A stretch of DNA of 64,000 nucleotides, taken from positions 17,589-81,588 of the forward strand of contig JBBTXY010000003.1 in NCBI GenBank assembly GCA_038062075.1, read 5' to 3'. This stretch comes from Patescibacteria group bacterium (GTDB lineage: Bacteria; Patescibacteriota; Minisyncoccia; Phycocordibacterales; UBA2100). This document shows, piece after piece, positions 1-9,812 of this stretch (positions are counted from its first letter, which is position 1; the number at the start of each line of letters is the position of its first letter). Below the pieces are notes generated by a model that worked only from the letters and a program-made list of their open reading frames with translations, was not told the DNA's origin and ran no database searches. The translations under genes were made by a program, and so were the position numbers.

Positions 1-464
1 ACGTCATTGTCGGGGCGCAGATTGACGAGCCGAACTACGTCCAGAAGTTAATGCAAACGGTGCGCGAGAGCGGCGTCGAGGACAGTGTCGATTTCGTGAA
101 AGATATCTCAGATGAACGTCTGCGCGAGCTCTATCAAGGAGCGTCGCTTTTCATGCTCACGTCGGTGAACGAAGGAGGCCACTTCGAAGGATTCGGGCTC
201 GTCTTTCTAGAGGCGGCGGCGTACGGGCTCGCGAGCATCGGGACGAAGGGGAACGGCATCGAAGATGCGATTATCGACGGGAAGACCGGCATCTTGGTGC
301 CGCAATACGACGTCGAAGCGACCGCCGCCGCCATTGTGCGTCTCATGCGCGATACTGAATTGCGCACGCGCCTTGGCGCGGCCGCGAGAGCGCACGCGGA
401 GGCTCGCGCGTGGCCACATGTGGTGCGCGAGTACGAACAGCTCTACAAGAGGGTTCTTTCCTGA
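1..464 (+). CDS. Glycosyltransferase family 4 (C-terminal part, truncated by window start)
   Basis: GT-B C-terminal motif EGFGLVFLEAAAYGL...GKTGILV. Confidence 0.9.
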   Translation, partial: VIVGAQIDEPNYVQKLMQTVRESGVEDSVDFVKDISDERLRELYQGASLFMLTSVNEGGHFEGFGLVFLEAAAYGLASIGTKGNGIEDAIIDGKTGILVPQYDVEATAAAIVRLMRDTELRTRLGAAARAHAEARAWPHVVREYEQLYKRVLS

Positions 465-504
465 TTATATGGTTTCCACGTGGAAATTTTAAATGATCGC
501 GTTT

Positions 505-1455
505 TCATTCTCCTGCCTTCGGACGGATTGAATGCATAATATCCCTAATCTGTTGTAAGCTTTTGAGAAAGTTCTCCGCTGAGTCGGTACTCTTGACCCC
601 TTCAGAAAAATCTTCGGGTTTGTATTTTGAGCGAAATATTTCGGAGAGCTTCCCATAAATACTTTCGTCTTCATGCCGACTGTACCCAAATCGCGATAAC
701 GCCTTGATCGAACCCCTATTCAAAACCATTTCCATTTCCTTTAAATAGCTTCGGTCACCGATCAAAAATTTTCTCGCATATTCTTTCCAGATGTCCATAC
801 ATGTAATGTCGGGATTGGTTTTCTCGCGGTTCTTTTTTACAAGGCCGATAATCATATAAAGCACGTGTCTGTAGTGTATATAAATACCATCTAGTAACTC
901 ATCGTCTATGGAACCATCTAAAATACCGCCTTGGATATTGAGTTCTTCAACAAACGCTTCCTCAAGTCCAGAAAAATAGCCTTTGATTTCTGGACGATTC
1001 CCACCAACCCTTTCTCGAACTATCTCTACACCGCCTCCACCTTGCACAAAGTCTTTATTGCTGGCGCTGTAAGCAACAAAATCGGTCTTGGTACGACTGT
1101 GCAAGAGTTCGTGGCTCATGTCATGAACAAGCTCACGGCGAGCGAATTCGCTTTTTTCATCACGTAAAACGATTTTGTTTTCCCGTCTGCGGTACATTCC
1201 GAATAAGGGCTGAATTTTGCCACTGTCTCTATCAAGGAGACCTTTCGCAAATACAATGCGAGGAACGGGTTCTTTGACTGATTCATCACGAGATACGCTG
1301 AGGTAGGAATAAATCTTGGCTACTCTCTGTTTCGCAATTTTAAATTGTTTCAGTTCTTCGGGCGTTGGTTCCCTTGACTCCACAAGTTCATCGGTGGGTG
1401 GAATATCCTTAAAGGCATTCAAAATTCTTTTTTTCTTGTCGGGGGACTCTGGCAT
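505..1455 (-). CDS. Hypothetical zincin-like metallopeptidase
   Basis: SHELLH (HExxH) plus downstream LEEAFVE; start set at ATG 1455, 6 nt after TATACT; visibly AT-richer than its neighbours. Confidence 0.55.
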   Translation of the reverse strand: MPESPDKKKRILNAFKDIPPTDELVESREPTPEELKQFKIAKQRVAKIYSYLSVSRDESVKEPVPRIVFAKGLLDRDSGKIQPLFGMYRRRENKIVLRDEKSEFARRELVHDMSHELLHSRTKTDFVAYSASNKDFVQGGGGVEIVRERVGGNRPEIKGYFSGLEEAFVEELNIQGGILDGSIDDELLDGIYIHYRHVLYMIIGLVKKNREKTNPDITCMDIWKEYARKFLIGDRSYLKEMEMVLNRGSIKALSRFGYSRHEDESIYGKLSEIFRSKYKPEDFSEGVKSTDSAENFLKSLQQIRDIMHSIRPKAGE

Positions 1456-1592
1456 CACAACAGTATAGAGCCGACAATCTATCCCTTCAATCAACCAAAC
1501 GGACCTCACACTTGAATACCTTTGCCCATCGGACAGCATGCTGTTTTTTCGGCTTAAAAGTGTTACAATCCAGCGGTTTCCAGCCGTAAAAT

Positions 1593-2390
1593 ATGAAGCT
1601 TCCAACCATCACCATAACTCTTATCGCGCGCAATGAAGCGCATAATCTCGACGCTTTTATCGAGACGATTGCGCCGATTGCCGATGAGCTTGTCGTCTGC
1701 TACACGCCATCGAGCGACGACACGCTCACGAGGCTCGAAGAATGGAAAGTGAAGACGTCGTATCCTGTCATCATATTCCAGTACGCGGATGTACCGTTCC
1801 ATTTCGGTAAATCACGCAATGAGACGATCAAGCGAGCGACCAAGGACTACATTTTTATGCTCGATGCCGATGAAAGGCTGACGCCCGCATTTTGTGCGCG
1901 CATCAAGCAATTTCTCGCGGAGAAACAGCCGAAGGCGGTCTCGATGCAGCGGCAGGACGACGTAACGCCGCATCTCATCGACCCGCAGACGCGCATCGTG
2001 AAAAACCACGAGCGTATTGTGTATGCGACGGATGTCGCAGGGCAGCTGCATGAGCACCTCGAATTGCCGGAGCCGGCGGTCTGGTTCGACGAGCCGTTCA
2101 TCCACAGCCAGGGGAAAGGTCATTGGGTCTATGACCACGATCGTCTGTTCATTCTTCTCGCGCGCGAGGTCGCACGAGGCGAAAACACCAAAGGGCTTTT
2201 CCGCGAGATCCTGCGCGCATTCGCGAGTTTCTTCTACAAGTTCCGCAAGGAATATATCCGCAAGCAAACGTACAAAGACGGAAAGATCGGCTTCAAGTAC
2301 GCATTCCTGCGTGGTTTCCATGCCTTCCTCATCCATATTTTCATCGGTCTCAAGCCGCGCGTTAAAGCTCATGTTGAAAATAACCACTAG
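1593..2390 (+). CDS. Glycosyltransferase family 2
   Basis: TLIARNEA N-terminus and FMLDADE (DxD) motif. Confidence 0.9.
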   Translation: MKLPTITITLIARNEAHNLDAFIETIAPIADELVVCYTPSSDDTLTRLEEWKVKTSYPVIIFQYADVPFHFGKSRNETIKRATKDYIFMLDADERLTPAFCARIKQFLAEKQPKAVSMQRQDDVTPHLIDPQTRIVKNHERIVYATDVAGQLHEHLELPEPAVWFDEPFIHSQGKGHWVYDHDRLFILLAREVARGENTKGLFREILRAFASFFYKFRKEYIRKQTYKDGKIGFKYAFLRGFHAFLIHIFIGLKPRVKAHVENNH

Positions 2391-3084
2391 CTGGGATGAC
2401 GGGGATGTTCTCGACGAACGCGTGATGCAGCTCCTCGAGAAGTATGGTCTCAAAGGGACGTTCTATATTCCGCGGGACTATTGGGGGGAACGGCTCTCAG
2501 ACGAGCGTATTCGTGAACTCTCCGAAAAGTTTGAGATAGGCGCCCACACGCTCACGCATGCCGATCTCACGAAACTTTCACTCGAGGAGGCGGAACGGGA
2601 GATCAGAGGAAGCAGAAAGTGGCTCGAAGAAGTGACCGGAAAACCCGTCGAGATATTCTGCTACCCGCGCGGACGGTATACGCCAGCGGTGCGGGAGCTG
2701 GTTACTAAAGCCAGATTTCGGGGCGCCCGTACGACGAAGCAATTCTCGCTTACAGTGGGGGATCCGTTCGAGATGGAAACGACCGTACACGTGTATCCTC
2801 TGCCAGTGCGTTTCAGTGCGGGAATACGACGAATATTTGGCCCCATCCGCGAGCGCTATCCCGGCTATCGCTCGCTTGGAGTCTCCATCTTTGATATGCG
2901 CAGTTTCGAATCCGCGGCGAAGGCGTCTTTCGATACTGCCCTAGCGCGCGGCGGCATCTTCCATCTCTGGGGGCACTCGTGGGAGATCGAAAAGTACGGA
3001 CTGTGGGAAGCGTTTGAGCGTGTGTGCGCATACATCGGCAACCGTGCGGATTGCAGATATGTGACGAATGCAGAACTCGTATGA
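2371..3084 (+). CDS. Polysaccharide deacetylase (CE4/NodB family)
   Basis: TTSWDDG, GAHTLTH, FCYPRG and HLWGH motifs; ATG 2371 overlaps the upstream gene. Confidence 0.9.
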   Translation: MLKITTSWDDGDVLDERVMQLLEKYGLKGTFYIPRDYWGERLSDERIRELSEKFEIGAHTLTHADLTKLSLEEAEREIRGSRKWLEEVTGKPVEIFCYPRGRYTPAVRELVTKARFRGARTTKQFSLTVGDPFEMETTVHVYPLPVRFSAGIRRIFGPIRERYPGYRSLGVSIFDMRSFESAAKASFDTALARGGIFHLWGHSWEIEKYGLWEAFERVCAYIGNRADCRYVTNAELV

Positions 3085-4319
3085 AAATTCTCATTCTTCA
3101 AGACGATTTCCCGCCGCGCCACATCGGGGGCAGCGGATCTATCGCGTATGCCTTGGCGCAAGAACTCCGGAAGCGGGGCCATGAAGTCGAAGTGGTAACG
3201 GCGGTGCAGGATCGGGCGCTCGTTGGGGAGACGACATACGAGGGCATTCCCGTACACAACATCTTTGCGCCCTACTCGAAGCGCTTTAATGCATATACGT
3301 GCCTATGGAATCCGCCCGCGATCCGCGAGCTCACAAAAATTCTTGCTAATTTCAAGCCGGAGATTGTGCATGCGCACAGCGTGAACGGGTATCTCTCATA
3401 CGGCTCGCTCGTGATCGCGAAGAAAAGCGGCGCACGCGTCGTTCTCACGTGTCACGATGTCATGGCGTTCAACTACTCGAAGCTTACCGAATTCATAGAT
3501 CCCGACGACACGGCTGTCCACGAACGGTACGACTACCGCGTAAGTGCCTTCCGGCAACTGCGCGAATCCCGATTCCGCTACAATCCCTTCAGGAATATCG
3601 TCATTAGGCATATCCTGCACAACTACGTTGATGTTCTGACGGCGGTCTCCGATGCTCTGCGGCAGGCGCTCGAAGATAATGGCGTCCCAGGTGCCGTCGT
3701 CATCCATAACGGGATAGATGTTGCCGAATGGAAAGAAAATCCGGCACGCGATCGCGCGTTCAAGGAAAGGCACGGGCTCGGCGATTCCGTGATTCTTTTC
3801 GGCGGTCGCATTTCCGGCATTAAGGGAACGGATAAGATCCTCGACGCGCTCGCGCGAGTGCGCACGCAGGTGCCTGACGTCCAGCTTCTCGTTATAGCAA
3901 AAGAGGGCGAATCGCTCGACCGGATGCGGGCGCTGGCGAAAGAGCGCGCTGTCGCAGAGGCGCTCGTTGCGCCCGGCTGGCTTTCAGGGGATGATCTGAA
4001 AGCTACGTATCATGCGAGCGCTGTTGTCGCAGTTCCCACGCTCTCGTTCGATTCCTTCCCGACGATGAATCTTGAAGCCTTCGCATGCACAAAGCCGGTC
4101 GTCGCCACCTGCTTCGGCGGCTCGCGAGAGTTGGTCGAAGATGACATTTCGGGTTACATCGTGAATCCGTATAATGTGCCGATGCTCGCTGAAAAAATAA
4201 CCGATCTTTTGTCCGACAAAAGCAAGGCGGAGCGATTTGGAGAAAAGGGCCTTGAGCGCGTCGCGAGAGAATTCACGCTTGAAAAGCAAGCCGAGGGGTT
4301 TGAGAAGCTATACCGATAG
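3081..4319 (+). CDS. Glycosyltransferase family 4
   Basis: MKILILQDDFPP..GG N-terminus; DSFPTMNLEAFACTKPVVAT. Confidence 0.9.
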   Translation: MKILILQDDFPPRHIGGSGSIAYALAQELRKRGHEVEVVTAVQDRALVGETTYEGIPVHNIFAPYSKRFNAYTCLWNPPAIRELTKILANFKPEIVHAHSVNGYLSYGSLVIAKKSGARVVLTCHDVMAFNYSKLTEFIDPDDTAVHERYDYRVSAFRQLRESRFRYNPFRNIVIRHILHNYVDVLTAVSDALRQALEDNGVPGAVVIHNGIDVAEWKENPARDRAFKERHGLGDSVILFGGRISGIKGTDKILDALARVRTQVPDVQLLVIAKEGESLDRMRALAKERAVAEALVAPGWLSGDDLKATYHASAVVAVPTLSFDSFPTMNLEAFACTKPVVATCFGGSRELVEDDISGYIVNPYNVPMLAEKITDLLSDKSKAERFGEKGLERVAREFTLEKQAEGFEKLYR

Positions 4320-4322
4320 ACC

Positions 4323-5492
4323 ATGTTCACCATTTTTGCCAACATGTTCATAAACTCGGAGGAGCGCTTCGAGCACCTGAAGGATTCGTTCGAATCGTTC
4401 AGTACCGTGAGCGATGATTGGCTCATCAATATCCGAGGAAGATTTCGTGAACCTGTCATCGCCTGGCTTAAGGAGCGTCTCGGTGATAGAGCGACCTTTT
4501 TCGAACTCCTCGACGATTCGCGCGGCTGGACCGTGAATTCACTGGACATGGTTCGGCACGCCAGACACCCGTATGTCTTGTTCTGGCTGGAAGATCATAT
4601 GAATATCGCTCCGCAGTCGTATCTGCGCGATGTAGTCGAGGAGATGGCGGAGCACAAAGCCGACTACCTCCAGCATTCGTGGTGGCAGAACGGAAAATAC
4701 AGGCACTATTTTGACATCTTTGACCGACAACAGGGCACATCGATCGACACAGTCACCATTGGATATAACGAGTGGAAGAAGTGGCAAGACGCTGGCGACA
4801 ACGTGCAAATCATCTCTCTTCTCGGTATTTTCGAGAAGCATTTTCTCATCAAGATGCTGCAGTACGATCGCTTTATGCTTCCCATGTCGGTTAGGTCGTG
4901 GATTTTTCGCATCATGACTTTGTTGCAGCGGATGGGCCTGCGTTTCGATCAAAAGAAATGGTATCACCGGATCAATCGCTTGCTGCATTTCAAGATCCGC
5001 AGGCAACCGAAGGAAACCCCGCACGATTTCGAGAAAGAGCCGAATCGTTTTGACGTTCTTCCGATCCGGACTTCGGTTCCGCACCGCGAATTGTTCGCGT
5101 GCATGGATGATGATGACGATCCGGCGTGGAGGTCGTCTTTGATGACGCGCGGTCTCTACCCCTTGCGGGATCGCCTCGTGCGGTGGGACGAAAAAAAGCA
5201 GCCTGCGAAGCATTCACGCACCATCGCGGCGCTTAAGAAGGGCGCGTCGCTCCGGGAAGCGTACTGCTACTACAGCGCGAAAGGGGTGCGCCACGTGCTT
5301 TCTCGCGAATATATCCGCGTCGCGCGTGGGCGCGTCCGGGTTGCGGTGAAAGACGAACATGTCGAGCTGGGGGCGGGAGAAGGAGCCGCATTTTTCACCA
5401 ACATTCTACACGACATCGTCGCACTCGAAGACGCGGAGATCGAGCGATTCACGCCTGCAATCGGGCTTGCCCCGCACTATCTCCTGACGTAG
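4323..5492 (+). CDS. Hypothetical protein, possible GT-A-like N-domain with C-terminal cupin
   Basis: YVLFWLEDH acidic motif; C-terminal EYIRVARGRVRV...LGAGE...HDIVALEDA cupin pattern. Confidence 0.5.
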   Translation: MFTIFANMFINSEERFEHLKDSFESFSTVSDDWLINIRGRFREPVIAWLKERLGDRATFFELLDDSRGWTVNSLDMVRHARHPYVLFWLEDHMNIAPQSYLRDVVEEMAEHKADYLQHSWWQNGKYRHYFDIFDRQQGTSIDTVTIGYNEWKKWQDAGDNVQIISLLGIFEKHFLIKMLQYDRFMLPMSVRSWIFRIMTLLQRMGLRFDQKKWYHRINRLLHFKIRRQPKETPHDFEKEPNRFDVLPIRTSVPHRELFACMDDDDDPAWRSSLMTRGLYPLRDRLVRWDEKKQPAKHSRTIAALKKGASLREAYCYYSAKGVRHVLSREYIRVARGRVRVAVKDEHVELGAGEGAAFFTNILHDIVALEDAEIERFTPAIGLAPHYLLT

Positions 5493-5501
5493 CATGGGCT
5501 G

Positions 5502-6044
5502 ATGACCGTATCGAAGGGCAAAAAGCCCAAGCATTTCATCCTTGACGTGGACGGTGTCATGACCGACGGCCAGTTTTATTACTCTGCCGAGGGGAAGGCG
5601 ATGAAGGCGTTCGGGCCGGATGACCATGATGGGCTTCTCTTATTGAAGCCCTATATCAACATCCATATCGTGACCGGCGACAAGAAGGGATTTCCGATAA
5701 CCAGGAAGCGTATTGCTGACGATATGAAGATGAAGCTCGACGTAGTGAGCACGGTTGAGCGGCTGCAGTGGATGAAGGAAAGCGGGTATGAGCTCGATGA
5801 GACGATCTACATGGGAGATGGCATTTTTGACGCCGTCGTCTTCGATAAAGTGGCGTATGCAATCGCGCCCGCGAATGCGTTCTACCTCACCAAAGAGCGC
5901 GCTGATTTTGTGACGCGATCCGTTGGCGGCGACAGCGCCGTTGCGGAAGCATGCGTGCACATTCTTGAGAAATTCTTCACGCCGTTCGACCCCCTCCACT
6001 TCAAGCTCGAGAAGTCGAGCGGCGAGTGGGGCGCACACGCATAA
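5502..6044 (+). CDS. KdsC/YrbI-like HAD phosphatase
   Basis: LDVDGVMTDG and YMGDGIFD motifs. Confidence 0.85.
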   Translation: MTVSKGKKPKHFILDVDGVMTDGQFYYSAEGKAMKAFGPDDHDGLLLLKPYINIHIVTGDKKGFPITRKRIADDMKMKLDVVSTVERLQWMKESGYELDETIYMGDGIFDAVVFDKVAYAIAPANAFYLTKERADFVTRSVGGDSAVAEACVHILEKFFTPFDPLHFKLEKSSGEWGAHA

Positions 6045-6046
6045 CT

Positions 6047-7621
6047 ATGAAGCACAAAGTCTGCATTCTCGCGGCAGGAGTGGGGAATCGGATGGGCGAG
6101 CTCTCCGAGCACGTCAATATCGCCGTCTTGCCCGTCAACAACAAAGCGGTGATTTCCTACATCATCGAGAAGTTCCCGATGCAGACCGAGTTTGTGATCG
6201 CGGTCGGCCACAAGAAAGAGACCGTCATCGACTATTTGAAACTTGCGCATCCCGAGCGAAGATTCACCTTCGTGCACGTCGACAAATACACCGGTCCGGG
6301 CACGGGCCCCGGGTACAGTATCCTGAAGTGCGAGAAGCACCTCCGGGAGCCCTTTATATTCTTTACGGCCGATACCATGGTCTTGGAGGATATTCCTCCG
6401 CCGGATCAGAACTGGATGGGAATCGCGCCGGTCAAGGAAACCGAGCTTTACTGCACGGTCCGCATGAGGAACAACCTCATCGTCCAGCTCGACAACAAGA
6501 TAAAGACCGACAACAAATTCGCTTTTATCGGGCTCGGCGGGGTGAAGGACTATGAAGATTTCTTCAGCGTGCTCACGCATGACCAGGAAATCCAGAAAGG
6601 CGAAGTGCAGGTCGTGACCGGATTTGCGCGCCTCATTGAAAAGAAACTCGTGCCCATAGGCTTCACGTGGTTTGACACCGGCTCCTTTAAGAACTACGCG
6701 GACACCAACCGCAACTTCTCCGGCGGCGGCACAAAATTCGATTTCAGCAAGGGCGATGAATTTCTGTATTTTGTGAACGGTCGTGTCATCAAGTTTTTTG
6801 CTGACGCGAAGACAGCGAAGAACCGCTATGAGCGCGCCACAAAACACCTGAAAGGTCTCGCGCCAAAAATGGAAGCGCACCGCGGCAATTTCTATTCGTA
6901 CAAACTCGTCGAAGGGCAGACGCTCTACAGCATGCTGAACGCGCGGCTCGTCAGGGAATTTCTCGCGTGGGCGTCCAAGCATCTGTGGAAACCGCTCAAG
7001 CTCGACGCGAAGAAGAAAAAAGAATTCGCCGCCGCGAGCAGGCGCTTTTATCGCGACAAAACGCTCGAGCGCGTCGAGGCATATCAGAAAAAAGTCGGGG
7101 AAGGAGAACGAGCAATCATCAATGGCCTCGAAGTGCCGCCGATTGCCGAGCTCCTCGGTAAGGTTGACTGGGACACGATGTCGGAGAGTATCCCCGTTCC
7201 CTTCCACGGCGATCTGCAGTTCGACAACGTTCTCTACGTGGGCGCAAAGAAAGGGCGGCATCCGTTCGTTCTTTTGGACTGGCGTCAGGATTTCGGCGGC
7301 CTCATCCACGCCGGCGACCTCTACTACGACCTCGCCAAGCTCTACGGCGGAGTGACGATGTCCTACCCCTTGATCAAAGAAGGCATGTTCACCTACACGG
7401 GCACGGACACCTCGGCCGACTACAAATTCTTCATCAAGAGCGATCTTCTGGAAGCCAAGGACGAGCTGGAAGATTTCATTCTCGCCAACAAGTACGACCT
7501 CAAAAAAATCCGGACGCTGACCGCGCTCATATTTCTCAACATGGCGCCCCTCCACCACGACCCGTTTGACCGGCTGTTGTACCACCACGGACGCTCGATG
7601 CTCCACAAAGCACTGAAGTGA
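6047..7621 (+). CDS. Nucleotidyltransferase fused to choline-kinase/APH-like phosphotransferase
   Basis: N-terminal ILAAGVGNRM and WFDTG; C-terminal HGDLQFDN...LLDWR...YYDLAK kinase motifs. Confidence 0.85.
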   Translation: MKHKVCILAAGVGNRMGELSEHVNIAVLPVNNKAVISYIIEKFPMQTEFVIAVGHKKETVIDYLKLAHPERRFTFVHVDKYTGPGTGPGYSILKCEKHLREPFIFFTADTMVLEDIPPPDQNWMGIAPVKETELYCTVRMRNNLIVQLDNKIKTDNKFAFIGLGGVKDYEDFFSVLTHDQEIQKGEVQVVTGFARLIEKKLVPIGFTWFDTGSFKNYADTNRNFSGGGTKFDFSKGDEFLYFVNGRVIKFFADAKTAKNRYERATKHLKGLAPKMEAHRGNFYSYKLVEGQTLYSMLNARLVREFLAWASKHLWKPLKLDAKKKKEFAAASRRFYRDKTLERVEAYQKKVGEGERAIINGLEVPPIAELLGKVDWDTMSESIPVPFHGDLQFDNVLYVGAKKGRHPFVLLDWRQDFGGLIHAGDLYYDLAKLYGGVTMSYPLIKEGMFTYTGTDTSADYKFFIKSDLLEAKDELEDFILANKYDLKKIRTLTALIFLNMAPLHHDPFDRLLYHHGRSMLHKALK

Positions 7622-7623
7622 GT

Positions 7624-8631
7624 ATGAGCCACGCGTTCAATGCACGCTTGGGCATTGGCCCGATGAGCACCGAAGCCATCGAGGCGACCTTTCACTATTC
7701 GCATTTCTACCGCAAAGAGCTGATGCTCATCGCGTCGAAAAATCAGATCGACTGGGGCGGCGGCTACGTCAACAACTGGACGACGAGGGACTATATAGAT
7801 TTCGTGCGTGCGATGCGTGCGAAATATCCTTTGGCCAACGTCCACGTGTGCCGCGATCACTGCGGGCCGGGATTCAACGGCATCCACGATTTGAAGGATG
7901 TCTACAAGACGATCGAAGACGACATCGCAAGCGGCTTCGATCTCATCCATATTGATTTCTGCCATTTTCTCGGCACCAAAGACGAGCAGTTCGACGAATC
8001 GAGACGGGCGATCAAGCACTGCCTCATGCTCAATCCGAAGATACGCATCGAGGTCGGTACCGACGAGAATATCGGTGTCACGTACGGTCTGCCGAACATT
8101 AACGAGCTTGAAAGGGAGATTGATTTCTTCAGAAGCGTCTGCGATCCGGAGTTCTACGTTGTCCAGACCGGCTCCTTGGTCTTGGAGACGCATCAGGCAG
8201 GCTCGTTCAACACGCCGTTCGTCGAGAAAATGTCCCTGCTCCTGCGTGAGAAGGGTATCAAAATGAAAGAGCACAATGCGGACTATCTCACGGAAGATGA
8301 CATTCTCCTCCGAAAGGGCCTTGTCGGCGCGATGAACATCGCGCCGCAACTTGGCGTGATTCAGACGCACTACATTCTTTCTAAATGCGCGGTGTATGGA
8401 CTCGACTCATCGGAATTTCTCAATAAAGTCTACGAGTCAGGCAAATGGAAGAAGTGGCTGAAGGATAACACTGCCGAGAACAAGATGCTCTGCTGTACGA
8501 TAGCGGGCCACTACCTCTTTGCTTCGGATGAGTACCGGCGTCTTGTTGATAAACTGGAGCGGTACGAAGATGTGCGGGAAGCTATCACGAACGAGCTTGC
8601 AAAGCTCATTGATCACTATGTTGCGCGGTAA
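7624..8631 (+). CDS. GatZ/KbaZ-like TIM-barrel protein (possible ketose-phosphate epimerase)
   Basis: ASKNQID..GGY, RDHCGP, FDLIHID, EVGTDE, VVQTG and KEHNADY motifs. Confidence 0.7.
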   Translation: MSHAFNARLGIGPMSTEAIEATFHYSHFYRKELMLIASKNQIDWGGGYVNNWTTRDYIDFVRAMRAKYPLANVHVCRDHCGPGFNGIHDLKDVYKTIEDDIASGFDLIHIDFCHFLGTKDEQFDESRRAIKHCLMLNPKIRIEVGTDENIGVTYGLPNINELEREIDFFRSVCDPEFYVVQTGSLVLETHQAGSFNTPFVEKMSLLLREKGIKMKEHNADYLTEDDILLRKGLVGAMNIAPQLGVIQTHYILSKCAVYGLDSSEFLNKVYESGKWKKWLKDNTAENKMLCCTIAGHYLFASDEYRRLVDKLERYEDVREAITNELAKLIDHYVAR

Positions 8632-9331
8632 AACCATACTTATCACAGGCTCCTCCCGCGGTATCGGCGCCGCAACCGCGCGCCTCGCCAAAAAATACGG
8701 TGCGACTGTGATCCTACACGGGAAAGAGGATTCGAAAGAATTGAAGAAACTCTCCAAAGAGCTTGCCGCACAGTATGTTGTCTTTGATGTCGCAGACGAG
8801 CGCGCCGCTCGAAAGGCAATCGCGAAACGCGGCGTCGACATTCTGGTGAACAATGCGGGGATCAGCATCTCGAAGCCATTTCAGGAGCTCACGAGCAGGG
8901 ACTGGCATGAGACGCTTTCGACGAATGTCATGGGGGTCGTGAACGTCTCGAAAGCGGTTATTCCGGCGATGGTGAAAAGAAAGCACGGCACGATCGTCAA
9001 CGTCTCGTCAATAAAGGGGTACCCCCATACGGCCGGCCGTGCGGCCTTTGCCGCTTCGAAGGCCGCGATTATCACGCTTACGGCGAGCATGGCAAAAGAA
9101 TTCGCTCCGCAGATTCGCGTCAATGCCGTCGCTCCTGGATTCACGGAAACAGAGACGACGAAGAAAGCGTGGGGCGAGCGGATCTATACGCAGATCAGCA
9201 CAACGCCCTTAGGGAGAGCGGCACAGCCGGAGGAGATCGCACAAGCGATTCTCTTTCTCGCAAGCGACGCGTCAGCGTTCATGACGGGGCAGACGATGAT
9301 TGTTGATGGCGGATACAGTATCGCGGGGTAA
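8618..9331 (+). CDS. Short-chain dehydrogenase/reductase
   Basis: TGSSRGIG, NNAG, RVNAVAPG; the YxxxK position reads FAASK. Confidence 0.9.
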   Translation: MLRGKTILITGSSRGIGAATARLAKKYGATVILHGKEDSKELKKLSKELAAQYVVFDVADERAARKAIAKRGVDILVNNAGISISKPFQELTSRDWHETLSTNVMGVVNVSKAVIPAMVKRKHGTIVNVSSIKGYPHTAGRAAFAASKAAIITLTASMAKEFAPQIRVNAVAPGFTETETTKKAWGERIYTQISTTPLGRAAQPEEIAQAILFLASDASAFMTGQTMIVDGGYSIAG

Positions 9332-9340
9332 TATACCGGT

Positions 9341-9811
9341 ATGGATCGGAAAAAATGGAGTCAGGAGGAAAAAGATGTTAAGCTTGTCGCGAAGCCGTGG
9401 GGTAACGGCACGATTGGCGGCGTGGAAGGGGTTGGAGAACTGTGGCTCAATTACAAACGCGGGGAGAACGTGGGCGATGAAGAGAAGCGCTATGTGTTCA
9501 AGAAACTCTACATCAAGAAGGGAACCAAGACGAGCTTCCAATATCATATAAATAAATTGGAGACGAATCACCTCATCAGCGGTCTGGCAGAAGGACACAT
9601 GGAAAATGACAACGGAGAGATGGAGAAGAGTATTTTCGGGCCTGGTGATTCGTGGACTATTCCCTGCGGCAAAAAACATCGTCTCATCGCGCTTGAGGAT
9701 ATGGTCATGTTGGAAGCTTCGACGCCGGAAGTGGATGATGTGGTGCGCATCGCAGATGACACAGGTCGTGGAGACGGCCGCATCGAAAGCGAGCACCAAA
9801 AGGGAAACTGA
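9341..9811 (+). CDS. Cupin-domain protein (mannose-6-phosphate isomerase-like)
   Basis: KPWG, SFQYH..KLET, HRLIA, EASTPEVDDVVR. Confidence 0.8.
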   Translation: MDRKKWSQEEKDVKLVAKPWGNGTIGGVEGVGELWLNYKRGENVGDEEKRYVFKKLYIKKGTKTSFQYHINKLETNHLISGLAEGHMENDNGEMEKSIFGPGDSWTIPCGKKHRLIALEDMVMLEASTPEVDDVVRIADDTGRGDGRIESEHQKGN

Positions 9812-9812
9812 T

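Noticed and set aside
2017-2370. Long N-terminal extensions in the ORF track (also 9606, 8519, 22414, 46665)
   Set aside because: They overlap upstream genes; family motifs begin at later ATGs, so these are not fusions or frameshifts
5502-6044. KdsC plus heptose genes as evidence of LPS synthesis
   Set aside because: No kdsA/kdsB, waa or lpx genes in the window; the kinase is HddA-type rather than HldE
5882-7606. 574-aa minus-strand ORF
   Set aside because: Antisense shadow of the NTP-transferase/kinase gene; no recognisable motifs
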